This document shows positions 1 to 9,367 of a stretch of DNA of 64,000 bases, in pieces. Source of the stretch: Nitrosopumilaceae archaeon (GTDB taxonomy: Archaea > Thermoproteota > Nitrososphaeria > Nitrososphaerales > Nitrosopumilaceae); contig CBDATR010000024.1 in the NCBI GenBank assembly GCA_965200155.1, forward strand, positions 96,001-160,000. The letters are read 5' to 3'. The notes below the pieces were generated by a model that saw only the letters and a program-made list of their open reading frames with translations, was not told the origin of the DNA and did not search any database. The stretch's first letter is position 1; every line of letters begins with the position of its first letter. A program made the position numbers and the translations under genes.

Positions 1-969
1 TCCCAAAGAGTGGTAGTTTTGGGGTTCAATTATGCGGTGCCATCACTGCATTGCGTGCGGAAAAGATTCCAATAAAACGCATACCTGTAATTTCGAAGGA
101 TCTCTTCGGCCTAAATATATCGGTGGGTGCAGTAAACAACATAATTGCCAGGGCCGCCGATGCATGTGAATCATTTATGGAAACAATTCATGAGAATATA
201 ATAAAATCACCCAGCATTCATGTGGACGAAACTGGTATATCACTGGCGGGTAGGCGTGGTTGGGTATGGGGGATGCGGGCCGAAGAGTGGATGATGTCCA
301 TATATGACAAAAGTAGGAGTTCAAATGTAGTGAACAAATACCTTAACGGTTACCAGGGAGCGATAGTAACGGACAGGTACGTTGTGTACCGCCGGTTTGA
401 TGACGGTGGGAAGCACCAGTTGTGTTGGGCGCATTTATTGCGCGATACCCAGGCATTACATGCAGGATTCTATATTGATCCCGGTGCTCAGGACACCCGG
501 ATCAAACTTGACAACGACCTGAAAGGATTGTTCCGGAGCGCACGGGAATCCCTGAATCACTGCGGGCCGTCCGCGCAATTACGACACTCATTTGAGACAG
601 GAGCAGAATCCATTCTGCATCAGTACTGTGATGTTGATGATACTGAACTACAAAAGAAGGTAAAAGGATTGAATAAGGCCATACCATGCATGTTCGTATT
701 CTTAGAATATGACAGTGTAGAGCCCACCAACAATCCAGCGGAGCAGTGGAACCGGTTCTGATACGCAGTGGTATTCCGCAAGATTGGTGGCCAGATAAAG
801 GGTGGCGAAAGGGCCATGCGCCGCATGTCCACATTCGTATCATGCGTTCAGACATGGAGGGCTCAAGGCCTTTCTGTAATGAACGAGGTTGCTGCCAGAA
901 TGCAGTTATAATTAAAAAAACTGGGACGCATTCTATCTTATTATGTGATCAAAACACGTGAACTCATAC
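1..969 (+). mobile_element. IS66-family element (single-ORF type), right part, cut by window start
   Basis: DDE_Tnp_IS66 motifs (HVDETG, TDRYVVY, QLCWAHLLR, PTNNPAE); right TIR TGATCAAAACACGTGAACTCATAC ends at 969; near-identical to copies at 44833 and 61548. Confidence 0.93.
51..911 (+). pseudogene. IS66 transposase C-terminal part with in-frame TGA at 759-761
   Basis: Frame stays open for 49 codons after the TGA to the native TAA (909-911); the copy at 45175-46539 reads through this point as ALRY. Confidence 0.85.
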
Positions 970-1091
970 TTACATGCTCAATTAATATGCGCCTTTTTGA
1001 TACAGTTTGGTTGTATTTCCTTTCAGTTTTAGTGAGTGATTCCGCACCCCTGTATGGAATTATGACCTTTGCACCGGATAGGAAACTTTTC
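970..1091 (-). mobile_element. IS5-family transposase internal fragment between two IS66 ends
   Basis: Reverse complement of about 3096-3217. Confidence 0.85.
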
Positions 1092-1507
1092 GTATGAGTT
1101 CACGTGTTTTGATCATTAACTAAGATATAGATTGGTATGACAATATTTTGCTTAAATACCAAATTTGCAATAAGAATCTAATGAGAAGACGCCTGTCCTA
1201 TAAGGAATTGGAACTAAAAAATAAGCTTCTTTAGGATACCCTTGCGTCTACCAAGAAAGAACTTGCACATTACAAGGAGAATGAGTGAGAGATAAAACGT
1301 GGAGACATAATACTTGCGTTTACCAAGAAAGAACTTGCACATTACAAGGCAGAGGCCATGGGCCGCCTTGTCCTACGTCTTGCGGCCACCGAGAAAGATC
1401 TTGCACATTACAAGGAACGTGTGAGAGTATTGGAAACACATATGTCACGCATCACAGAAGAAATACAAAATCTCACACAAGATTTCCAAATTATTAGGAA
1501 TTATGTA
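1092..1507 (+). mobile_element. IS66 left-end fragment, degenerate
   Basis: Left TIR GTATGAGTTCACGTGTTTTGATCA at 1092; matches 61548 onward but carries a stop and inserts. Confidence 0.9.
1241..1415 (+). repeat. CRISPR-like mini-array: 3 x 37-bp repeats (1241-1277, 1313-1349, 1379-1415) with 35- and 29-bp inserts
   Basis: Repeat CTTGCGTCTACCRAGAAAGAWCTTGCACATTACAAGG is single-copy in intact IS66 copies (44982-45018, 61697-61733). Confidence 0.85.
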
Positions 1508-1885
1508 GTATGAGTTCACGTGTTTTGATCATATGATATGATAGAATGCATCCGAGTTTTTTTAATTATAACTGCATTCTTATAGCAACCTCATGCTTGT
1601 ACTGGAGGGATGGTGGAGAGTGAGCATTCTCATATAAGCCGAGCCATGATTACCGCAATTTTCCCTTGTTTTCCTTCCAATTCATTTACATAATTTCTAA
1701 ACGCATTTTTTCTATGTTATGTCTGCTTCTTACACGTTCCTTGTAGTGTGCAAGATCTCTCTTGGTAGACGCAAGGGTATCCGGAGATTTGCAGTTCCTC
1801 ATGGCCGGCGTCTGCTCATACTACAATTTAACCAAATATTGTCATATCAAGTTTCATCGTATGATCAAAACACGTGAACTCATAC
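1508..1885 (-). mobile_element. Internally deleted non-autonomous IS66 derivative (378 bp)
   Basis: Both 24-bp IS66 TIRs present; interior is a patchwork of 5' and 3' transposase fragments; no TSD. Confidence 0.85.
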
Positions 1886-2129
1886 ACATTTGGTTCATAT
1901 CCCTGATTACGTGATTGCCATCGTGTTTGATATTGCGTAACACGCATGCTTTTTGCGTATCTCGCTCTGGGAATACAATACGTGATTAGACCGTATGCGC
2001 AGAATCACTTCTCCCACCCTGCACGTCTAAACCAAGTTGTTAGATACGAACAATTGACCTAGTATCATGGGTTTTCCCACAGACTCATGTGAAACAGAAA
2101 AGTTAAGACCTAATTTTGTAATACCAGGT

Positions 2130-3375
2130 ATGCTAAAAGCAGAAGAACTGTATGAGTTCACGTCTTCCGGAATCTTATGCACAAATCACATTAACTGTCG
2201 CGATCAGTTATGCGTAAATTTAGACACAGGTGAACTCATACGAAGAACTCACCAGGGAGCAGTTAGTCACAGAGCACTACCGGCTACGCACCAGGTCCGA
2301 GGCCGAAGTAACAAACCTGCGTGGAAAAAATGACAGTTTGTGTGGAAAAGTTGACAGTCTGCACGCTAAACTTGAAGCTCAAACAAAGAATGCCCTCGTT
2401 TCAAATCTCGATGACATCATAGAACGCAAGGATCAGCTTCATTCCCTGACCGGATGCACCCCGGAAGAGTTCAAATGGATACTAACCAGATTCACAGAAT
2501 ACGTAGAGTCCCTGGAAGGCGATGATGCACGGCGATTCTTAGAACTTACAAATGATCGCGGCCATGTGAACAAATTTCCGGTCAGGCATGTACTCTTAGT
2601 TACACTGATACGCCTGCGCTGCAACACAAAGCAGGAGCTTCTTGCTGCAATACTCAAGATAAACCAGTCAAACATATGCCGTTACATCCAGTTTACAAAG
2701 CAGGGACTGATCAAGATACTCCCAACGGCCGATACCGTTGCAAAAGCAATATCGCAAATCAAGTCAGCATCGGACTTTAAGGAAATTGTTCCCGGTCGAG
2801 CCGGAGGGGAGATAAAGACTGACGGTACACATGTACGCGTACAACGTCCTGAAAAAAATCAGGAGGCAATGTACTCTGGTAAACAAAAAACCCACACGTA
2901 TAACGTACAGATAACATCAAACAAGAAAAGACTGATAATTCACATCAGTGGAGTATATGAGGGAAAAAGACACGATTATGGCATATTCAAGAATGATATT
3001 CCCCTTGGAGGCAAATGGGGCAAGTCCCTAAAAGAATCAACCACGCCACCATCCGATAAGATAACAGTAATAGCAGATGCAGGATACCAGGGTATGAAAG
3101 ACTTCCTACCCGGCGCAAAGGTCATAATTCCATCCAGGGGTAGGGAATCACTCACTAAAACTGAAAGGAAATACAACCAATATGTATCAAAAAGGCGCAT
3201 ATTAATCGAGCATATAATTCGAATGCTAAAGGTATATCGTAGATTAAGTCAGGTATATGATGGTAGTCGTGAGGAATTCCGGGAAGATCTACTCGTAGTA
3301 TCCGGGTTGCATAATTTACACATTATGCACAAGCATACCAGGTACAAGAAATTCTTGAAAAATATCTGTCCATAA
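2130..3375 (+). pseudogene. IS5-family transposase interrupted after codon 6 by a MITE
   Basis: ATG 2130 (MLKAEEL) continues as TREQLV after the MITE plus TSD; motifs TDGT, YSGK, ADAGY, RILIEHII. Confidence 0.88.
2150..2241 (+). mobile_element. 92-bp MITE copy 1 (in IS5 tnp)
   Basis: TIR GTATGAGTTCAC; 8-bp TSD GAAGAACT. Confidence 0.97.
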
Positions 3376-3685
3376 TTTCCGTGTTATTATAATTCGAATA
3401 TTACTCATCAGAAAATCCACTAAATTAATGGGTTTTGTGGTAACCATTTAGCTCACTCATGATATCCGTCATCAAGATCCAGTCGCCCCACTACACGACA
3501 TTTGCAATCACGGCATACGTTAGTGCTGGCAGGTGCCATTAACATTGTTCATGCTTGACTGATTGTGTGCCATAAAATACACCCCAGTTTGAAGCAACAT
3601 GGACTATTCCTGTCAATCATGCGCATAAGGTCTATTGAACTTACCATGTACTATTTTATCGCCAGTGTGCTAAGTTTAGCAATAC

Positions 3686-4248
3686 TGGAGTGGGCCCTGC
3701 GCTTGAGAATGTTTTTTGTAATTTTCTAGGCACAGCTATTTACCTACATTTTGGACGATGTGTTGCCCTTTTTGCTTCTTTCGGAGAACTCCACGGGAGG
3801 GACATATCCTAGTGCTAAGTGTATCCGGGAGTGATTGCAGTCGTTTTTATCATCGTTCTCTTGTAACATCTTTTTCATTTCAGAATTTTGGGATCTTGGG
3901 TTTCTGTCCAATTCCTCAGAACAGGCCTTTGGGAATCTCGCCCTCCACGTGTATAGTGTGCGGGGCGATATGTTGTTCCGCCTGCAGATCTCTGCGGTGA
4001 CTGCTGTCGAGTCTAAGGTTTCCAATGGTATGAGTTCATCTGTGTCTAAATTTACGCATAACTGATGGAACAGGTTGTTCTAGTTAATGTGATTTGTGCA
4101 CAAGATTCCGGAAGACGTGAACTCATACTTCCAATGACCTTCTCCTCCCGACTCCATTGGTGTTTTTTGTCAACCATGGCACACTCCCCCTCTTGAATCC
4201 AAAAAGTGTGAGTTGATATCTATTCTCAATGTCATGGGGCACCGGCCA
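3686..4248 (-). mobile_element. IS3-family element, internally deleted (OrfA fused to OrfB tail)
   Basis: TG...CA ends with imperfect IRs; 4-bp DR ATAC; OrfA HTH from ATG 4177 (WSREEK...AEICRRNNISPRTLYTW); OrfB tail HSRIHLALGYVPP. Confidence 0.75.
4028..4128 (-). mobile_element. MITE copy 2, 101-bp variant (in IS3 orfA)
   Basis: TSD TTCCAATG; central CGCGAC replaced by GGAACAGGTTGTTCT. Confidence 0.96.
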
Positions 4249-4332
4249 ATACGACTGTGGCAGTCTGCCTCATTATACCAAAAACAGGATGGTATCGGCA
4301 GAATATATTAGATAGTTAGTGATGATAGGTGC

Positions 4333-4878
4333 GTGACAAGCTGTACTGATGTCTTGGTGGGGATAATCATGGGTTCCACCTCAGATATGCGCGTTATGAG
4401 CGGTGCTGCAAGGGCACTGGATAAGTTAGACATCAGGCATGAAGAACAAATAGTATCTGCGCACCGTACCCCCTCCAGACTGTCTGAATACGCGAAACAT
4501 GCACTGGAATCGGGGTTTCGCGTAATAATAGCGGGGGCTGGCGGAGCAGCACACCTGCCCGGGATGATATCTTCGTACACCACAATACCGGTAGTGGGGG
4601 TGCCTATTCTCACGTATGCGGACAAGGGTCCCGGGGGCAGATTCTCGGCTTTTGGCGGCATGGATGCATTGCTGTCCATATCTGAGATGCCAACAGGCTC
4701 GCCAGTGGGCACCATGGGTGTAAACAAGGCCGAAAGCGCTGGTATATACGCCGCCATGATACTGGGTAATGAATTTGAGGACATACGGATAGCCCTCACC
4801 AAGTACAAGGAGAAACGTTATCGTGACGTGACACAGGAATCCGAAGAATTGCGTAGAAACGGATTGGCGAACATGTAA
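4333..4878 (+). CDS. purE: N5-CAIR mutase PurE
   Basis: IIMGSxSD, VSAHRTP, IAGAGGAAHLPG motifs. Confidence 0.96.
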   Translation: MTSCTDVLVGIIMGSTSDMRVMSGAARALDKLDIRHEEQIVSAHRTPSRLSEYAKHALESGFRVIIAGAGGAAHLPGMISSYTTIPVVGVPILTYADKGPGGRFSAFGGMDALLSISEMPTGSPVGTMGVNKAESAGIYAAMILGNEFEDIRIALTKYKEKRYRDVTQESEELRRNGLANM

Positions 4879-6081
4879 CTATGTCAGAATGCGAAAGTCT
4901 ACATCCTTTGCCTGTAGCGCATGTATGAGGGCCGTGGTGTTGACCTCGCCTTCTGTCTCTATGCTTATGGTGACTGATACATGCCCCGCGCCCACATCGG
5001 AACTAAGCCTATCGTGAGTCATTTCCACAAGGTTGGCGTTTGCCGCGGCTATCTCGTCCATTATCTCCTTGAAGACTCCTGGCCTGTCTGGAAATAACAT
5101 CTTTATCTTGATCAAGCGACCCATGGATGCGAGTCCTCGATACACTATTTGGCCAAGCAAGTACATGTCTATGTTGCCACCTCCCATTATGCATACCACC
5201 TTCTTGCCCGGTGATGGCCGCTTTGCTATAACATATGCCAGGGCTGCCACTCCTGCTGGCTCCACGACAAATTTGGTCCTCTCCATAAGCAAGAACATGG
5301 CCCTTATGATGTCTGTCTCCTCCACCAACACTATGTCGTCTATCTGGTTCTTGATTATTGAGAACGTCAGTTCACCGGGAACCCTTACTGCAATGCCATC
5401 TGCTATGGTGGCCGAGCCGCCTACTCCCTGCACATGGCCGCCTTTCCAAGATTTTTGCATCGCAGGAAACGAGGATGTTTGTACGCCTATCACCTTGGTA
5501 TGCGGACTTCTTGTCTTGACGGCTGTCAATACACCTGCCGCCAATCCGCCCCCTCCCATGGGCACGTATATTTCGTCCACGTCCGGCATCTCATCTAATA
5601 TTTCAAGCCCGATAACGCCCTGACCAGCTATAATGTGGGGATCATCAAATGCATGTATTATCTTGGCATCACATTCTGTGGCCATCCGGGCTGCCCACTT
5701 GCCTGCCTCCTCATAGTCGGCACCGTGCAAAATTACGTTGGCACCATATCCACGTGTGGCCGCTATCTTGGCCGGTGATGCACTCTTGGGCATAACAATA
5801 GTGCAGGGTATTCCTGCCTTCTGTGATGCATATGCTACACCCTGCGCATGATTGCCCGCCGAGGCGGCCACAACGCCTTTCTGCCGTGTCTCGGGCGTGA
5901 GCATGCTTATTGTATAGTGGGCCCCGCGTATCTTAAAGGAGCCGGTTTTCTGTCGGAATTCTGCTTTGAGATATACCTGTGAGCCGCTTATGGTGCTAAA
6001 TGTAGATGAGTAAATCAGTGGCGTTACGCGTACTTCACCACGCGTATTGGCCGCCTGTATTATATTGTCATATAAATTCAT
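4879..6081 (-). CDS. ilvA: Threonine ammonia-lyase with C-terminal ACT domain
   Basis: KTGSFKIRGA PLP lysine, SAGNHAQG, GGGGL, PDRPG ACT. Confidence 0.95.
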   Translation of the reverse strand: MNLYDNIIQAANTRGEVRVTPLIYSSTFSTISGSQVYLKAEFRQKTGSFKIRGAHYTISMLTPETRQKGVVAASAGNHAQGVAYASQKAGIPCTIVMPKSASPAKIAATRGYGANVILHGADYEEAGKWAARMATECDAKIIHAFDDPHIIAGQGVIGLEILDEMPDVDEIYVPMGGGGLAAGVLTAVKTRSPHTKVIGVQTSSFPAMQKSWKGGHVQGVGGSATIADGIAVRVPGELTFSIIKNQIDDIVLVEETDIIRAMFLLMERTKFVVEPAGVAALAYVIAKRPSPGKKVVCIMGGGNIDMYLLGQIVYRGLASMGRLIKIKMLFPDRPGVFKEIMDEIAAANANLVEMTHDRLSSDVGAGHVSVTISIETEGEVNTTALIHALQAKDVDFRILT

Positions 6082-6336
6082 GAAATTTTTAAATACACTG
6101 TCTTATTTGTTCCTTGTGTATTTCCCTGCGTGCATACACTAACAAATCTTAGGTCTGCGCATTATGGATTTGTGACAAATAAAAGACGGTTTGGTCACAA
6201 TTAAACACCGTACTAGGTGCGCTCTTTGTATATTTTTGTCCTGTCACAAATGTACACAATTAAAATAATTCTAATTATATTTAACGTGTAAAGAATAATT
6301 TAATAGAACATAAATATCAAAAACAGGATATTATTC

Positions 6337-6437
6337 GTATGAGTTCACCTGTGTCTAAATTTACGCATAACTGATGGAACAGGTTGTTCTAGTTAATGTG
6401 ATTTGTGCACAAGATTCCGGAAGACGTGAACACATAC
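6337..6437 (-). mobile_element. MITE copy 3, 101-bp variant (intergenic)
   Basis: TSD TATTATTC; same variant core as copy 2. Confidence 0.96.
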
Positions 6438-6474
6438 TATTATTCCTCTACATTTAAAATAAAATTTGACTCAT

Positions 6475-7653
6475 CTAACCGTGATCGTGGTCATGATCAT
6501 CATGTCCATCGGCTTTATCGTCCTCGACGGTTATTGTTATTGACGTCTCTATGGGCTCACCGCCCCAGTAATATGGTGCATGGTCGTTGGTGTACAGACT
6601 AAGTGTGACTGTATGAGTTCCTGGCTCCAGAGCATTCAGATGATGCCGTGCCTCATAGATGCGGGTTGTATATTCGCCATTTATGGCCATGACTATGTAT
6701 CCTTCTCCGAGTGTGTGTGCCTGTCCTACATTCTGCGGTGATAGAACAAAGTCTTCTGTGGTCATCTCTAAATTATTGCCACCGCCACGGGTATCAACAT
6801 ATGACTCTGCCGAGATCATCATGGATGAAGTGCCAGTAACTGGTTCTGTGGATATGGGTTGTTCATTAGATTCTGGAACTATTACCATCATGGTTGCTTC
6901 TGCCGGGAAACCATTTACATATACATCCTCATGGGAATTCATGTTTAACGTTACACGAATGTGATGACTTCCTGGATCTAGCTCTCCCAGATAGTAGTTG
7001 GGTCCATACATGCGATTAATCTTTACACCATCTGCGTATATGTGAGCATGACCCTCTCCGTCAATATTGTCTTGATTCACGTTTTCCGGTGTCCATGTCC
7101 AACCTTGTGTTGTGGCACTAACGATCACGCCTCCATGTTCGTCAATACTGACAGAGATATCTATGCCCAATGGTAGGAGTGTTTCTACATTAGAATGCAT
7201 ATGGTCTCTTTCCATGTAGCCGTCTTCCATCGCCATGTTATCTTCCATGGCATCATCACCGTGATCATGTGAGTGTCCATCGTCGTGATCATGACCACTG
7301 ACTACAATCGTGCCTGTCATCCATGAGAATGACTCTACACTAAACGTGTATTCTCCGGAATCCGGGAATCGAAGAGAATATGTCTGACCAGGACCAATCA
7401 CTCCGGAATCGATGGGATTTTCGTCGGTCCCGCCTATCACTCTGATTGTTACGGTTCCATCATTGGACCATATTATCTCACCGTTAGGATCCAGCGATGT
7501 GGTGGATGGGTTAACACATGACTCTACCGGGGTACACTTTTCCATAGTATCCGGTGTCAGACTGATGGTAACCTGTGCATGATCAGCATAAGCAGATACA
7601 GAAATAACTCCAAACAGCATCATTGCTGTTACAATTGCTAATTTCATTACCAC
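6475..7653 (-). CDS. Secreted His-rich putative metal-binding protein (cupredoxin-like domain plus two GEGH-type domains)
   Basis: Signal peptide; DSGVIGPGQTYSLRF...WMTGTIVV; His/Asp tracts; GEGHAHIY and GEGYIVM repeats. Confidence 0.75.
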   Translation of the reverse strand: MVMKLAIVTAMMLFGVISVSAYADHAQVTISLTPDTMEKCTPVESCVNPSTTSLDPNGEIIWSNDGTVTIRVIGGTDENPIDSGVIGPGQTYSLRFPDSGEYTFSVESFSWMTGTIVVSGHDHDDGHSHDHGDDAMEDNMAMEDGYMERDHMHSNVETLLPLGIDISVSIDEHGGVIVSATTQGWTWTPENVNQDNIDGEGHAHIYADGVKINRMYGPNYYLGELDPGSHHIRVTLNMNSHEDVYVNGFPAEATMMVIVPESNEQPISTEPVTGTSSMMISAESYVDTRGGGNNLEMTTEDFVLSPQNVGQAHTLGEGYIVMAINGEYTTRIYEARHHLNALEPGTHTVTLSLYTNDHAPYYWGGEPIETSITITVEDDKADGHDDHDHDHG

Positions 7654-8008
7654 ATATACGACAGTATTGTTTATTAATTATACGATTAATTATTTTTCAT
7701 AAATTTTACCAATATTAAATTCTTGTATAGCAGTCACCATAAGTCTTGGCGGTGATTTTCCATAAAATATCACAACAGGGATGGCAGACAGACTAAATCA
7801 GCAGATGCAAGTAATAGACCTTATGCGCATGATTGACAGTAACATCCCATATTGCTTCAAACCGGGGTGTATTTTATGGCACACAATCAGTCAAGCATGA
7901 ACAATGTGAGTGGGCACCTGTCAGCACTAACGTATGCCGTGATTACAAATGTCGTGTAGTGGGGTGACCGGATCTTGATGACGTATATCATGAGTGAGCT
8001 AAATGGTT

Positions 8009-8100
8009 GTATGAGTTCACCTGTGTCTAAATTTACGCACAACTGATCGCGACAGTTAATGTGATTTGTGCACAAGATTCCGGAAGACGTGAACTCATAC
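8009..8100 (-). mobile_element. MITE copy 4 (in IS5 end)
   Basis: TSD AAATGGTT. Confidence 0.97.
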
Positions 8101-8319
8101 AAATGGTTACCGCAAAACCCATTAATTTAGTGGATTTTCTGATGAGTAATATTCAAATTATAATATCACGGAAATTATGCATAGATATTTTTCAAAAATT
8201 TCTTGTACCTGATATGCTTGTGCATAATGTGCAAATTATGCAACCCGGATACTACGAGTAGATCCCGGAATTCCTCACGACTGCCATCATATACCTGACT
8301 TAATCTACGATATACCTTT

Positions 8320-8411
8320 GTATGAGTTCACGTCTTCCGGAATCTTGTGCACAAATCACATTAACTGTCGCGATCAGTTGTGCGTAAATTTAGACACAGG
8401 TGAACTCATAC
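8320..8411 (+). mobile_element. MITE copy 5 (at IS5 inversion junction)
   Basis: Intact TIRs; flanks ATACCTTT/CACTCATG differ (no TSD). Confidence 0.95.
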
Positions 8412-8625
8412 CACTCATGATATACGTCATCAAGATCCGGTCACCCCACTACACGACATTTGTAATCACGGCATACGTTAGTGCTAGCAGGTGTCCACTC
8501 ACATTGTTCATGCTTGACTGATTGTGTGCCATAAAATACACCCCAGTTTGAAACAATATGGGATGTTACTGTCAATCATGAGCATAAGGTCTAATAAACA
8601 AAATACATACAAGCTCTACAGATGG

Positions 8626-8826
8626 TCAAATCTCTGTAGCTGGTTTACTATCGTCTCTAAGTTTTTTGCGGTACATAATTACTGCTATGGCTATTCCCAC
8701 ACATGCCAAGAATACAGGCCAGCGTAGCTCGCTCTCTCGCAGCCCCAAGAACGCGTATATAGTACCCCCCACAGCTGCAAAGCCAATAATTTCCAGTATT
8801 TTTATCATGTATGAAATGCAATACAT
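8626..8826 (-). CDS. Small membrane protein, two TM helices
   Basis: Two hydrophobic segments and a basic tail; start uncertain. Confidence 0.55.
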   Translation of the reverse strand: MYCISYMIKILEIIGFAAVGGTIYAFLGLRESELRWPVFLACVGIAIAVIMYRKKLRDDSKPATEI

Positions 8827-8886
8827 TATCGATATAACTTATTATGCTGCTTCGTAACGAGGCCACACCACAGACACTCTTGCAGT

Positions 8887-8994
8887 AACCATTTAGGTTA
8901 CTCCATTGAAGGATAGCTCAATTTGGTGAGCCGCTTCACTCCATACCGGATCACCCAAAACCGTTTAGGTTACTCCATTGAAGGATAGCTCAAT
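8887..8994. repeat. Direct repeat 36 bp x2 (8887-8922, 8959-8994) with 36-bp spacer
   Basis: AACCRTTTAGGTTACTCCATTGAAGGATAGCTCAAT, one mismatch. Confidence 0.9.
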
Positions 8995-9096
8995 AGTACG
9001 AAAAGTCCGCTTAGGATCCGGCGTACAGTAGTTCAGATTGCACAAGCCACGAAAGGCTATGGTAAAGGGAATAACAGAGGAATCAAGACAAAAGAG
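8990..9096 (+). mobile_element. IS481-family left-end fragment truncated by MITE
   Basis: Matches 50168-50270. Confidence 0.88.
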
Positions 9097-9188
9097 GTAT
9101 GAGTTCACGTCTTCCGGAATCTTATGCACAAATCACATTAACTGTCGCGATCAGTTATGCGTAAATTTAGACACAGGTGAACTCATAC
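9097..9188 (+). mobile_element. MITE copy 6
   Basis: Intact TIRs, no TSD (adjacent deletion inferred). Confidence 0.95.
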
Positions 9189-9367
9189 TGACAGATGTCA
9201 TTTTAAGCTGCTGAAACGTGGACAGAACCAAGACTGCACACATGCATCTTGTTGTCAAACCGGGCACTCGTTGTTGTATGGGTGTGTATCTCGATGGGGA
9301 TTCTGTGCTAGGCGACCACAAATTCCAATAGAAACGATTTTAGTATGTGTGTATTAGGAATCACAAC

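Larger units (their letters stand above)
1988..3633 (+). mobile_element. IS5-family element (DDE_Tnp_4/ISL2-PIF-like), full length
   Basis: TIRs AGACC(G/T)TATGCGCA; 3-bp TSD ATT (1985-1987, 3634-3636); transposase inside. Confidence 0.9.
7816..8592. mobile_element. Composite of two inverted IS5 right ends with two MITEs
   Basis: AGACCTTATG...CATAAGGTCT flanked by AAT on both sides; 7816-8319 is IS5 3' end (-), 8412-8592 is IS5 3' end (+). Confidence 0.85.

Noticed and set aside
2106-2120. AGACCTAAT as IS5 left end
   Set aside because: A better TIR match with a matching ATT TSD lies at 1988
6170-6260. TGTGACAA/GTCACAA motifs upstream of ilvA as an operator
   Set aside because: They are short and AT-rich with inconsistent spacing; no regulator can be assigned from sequence alone
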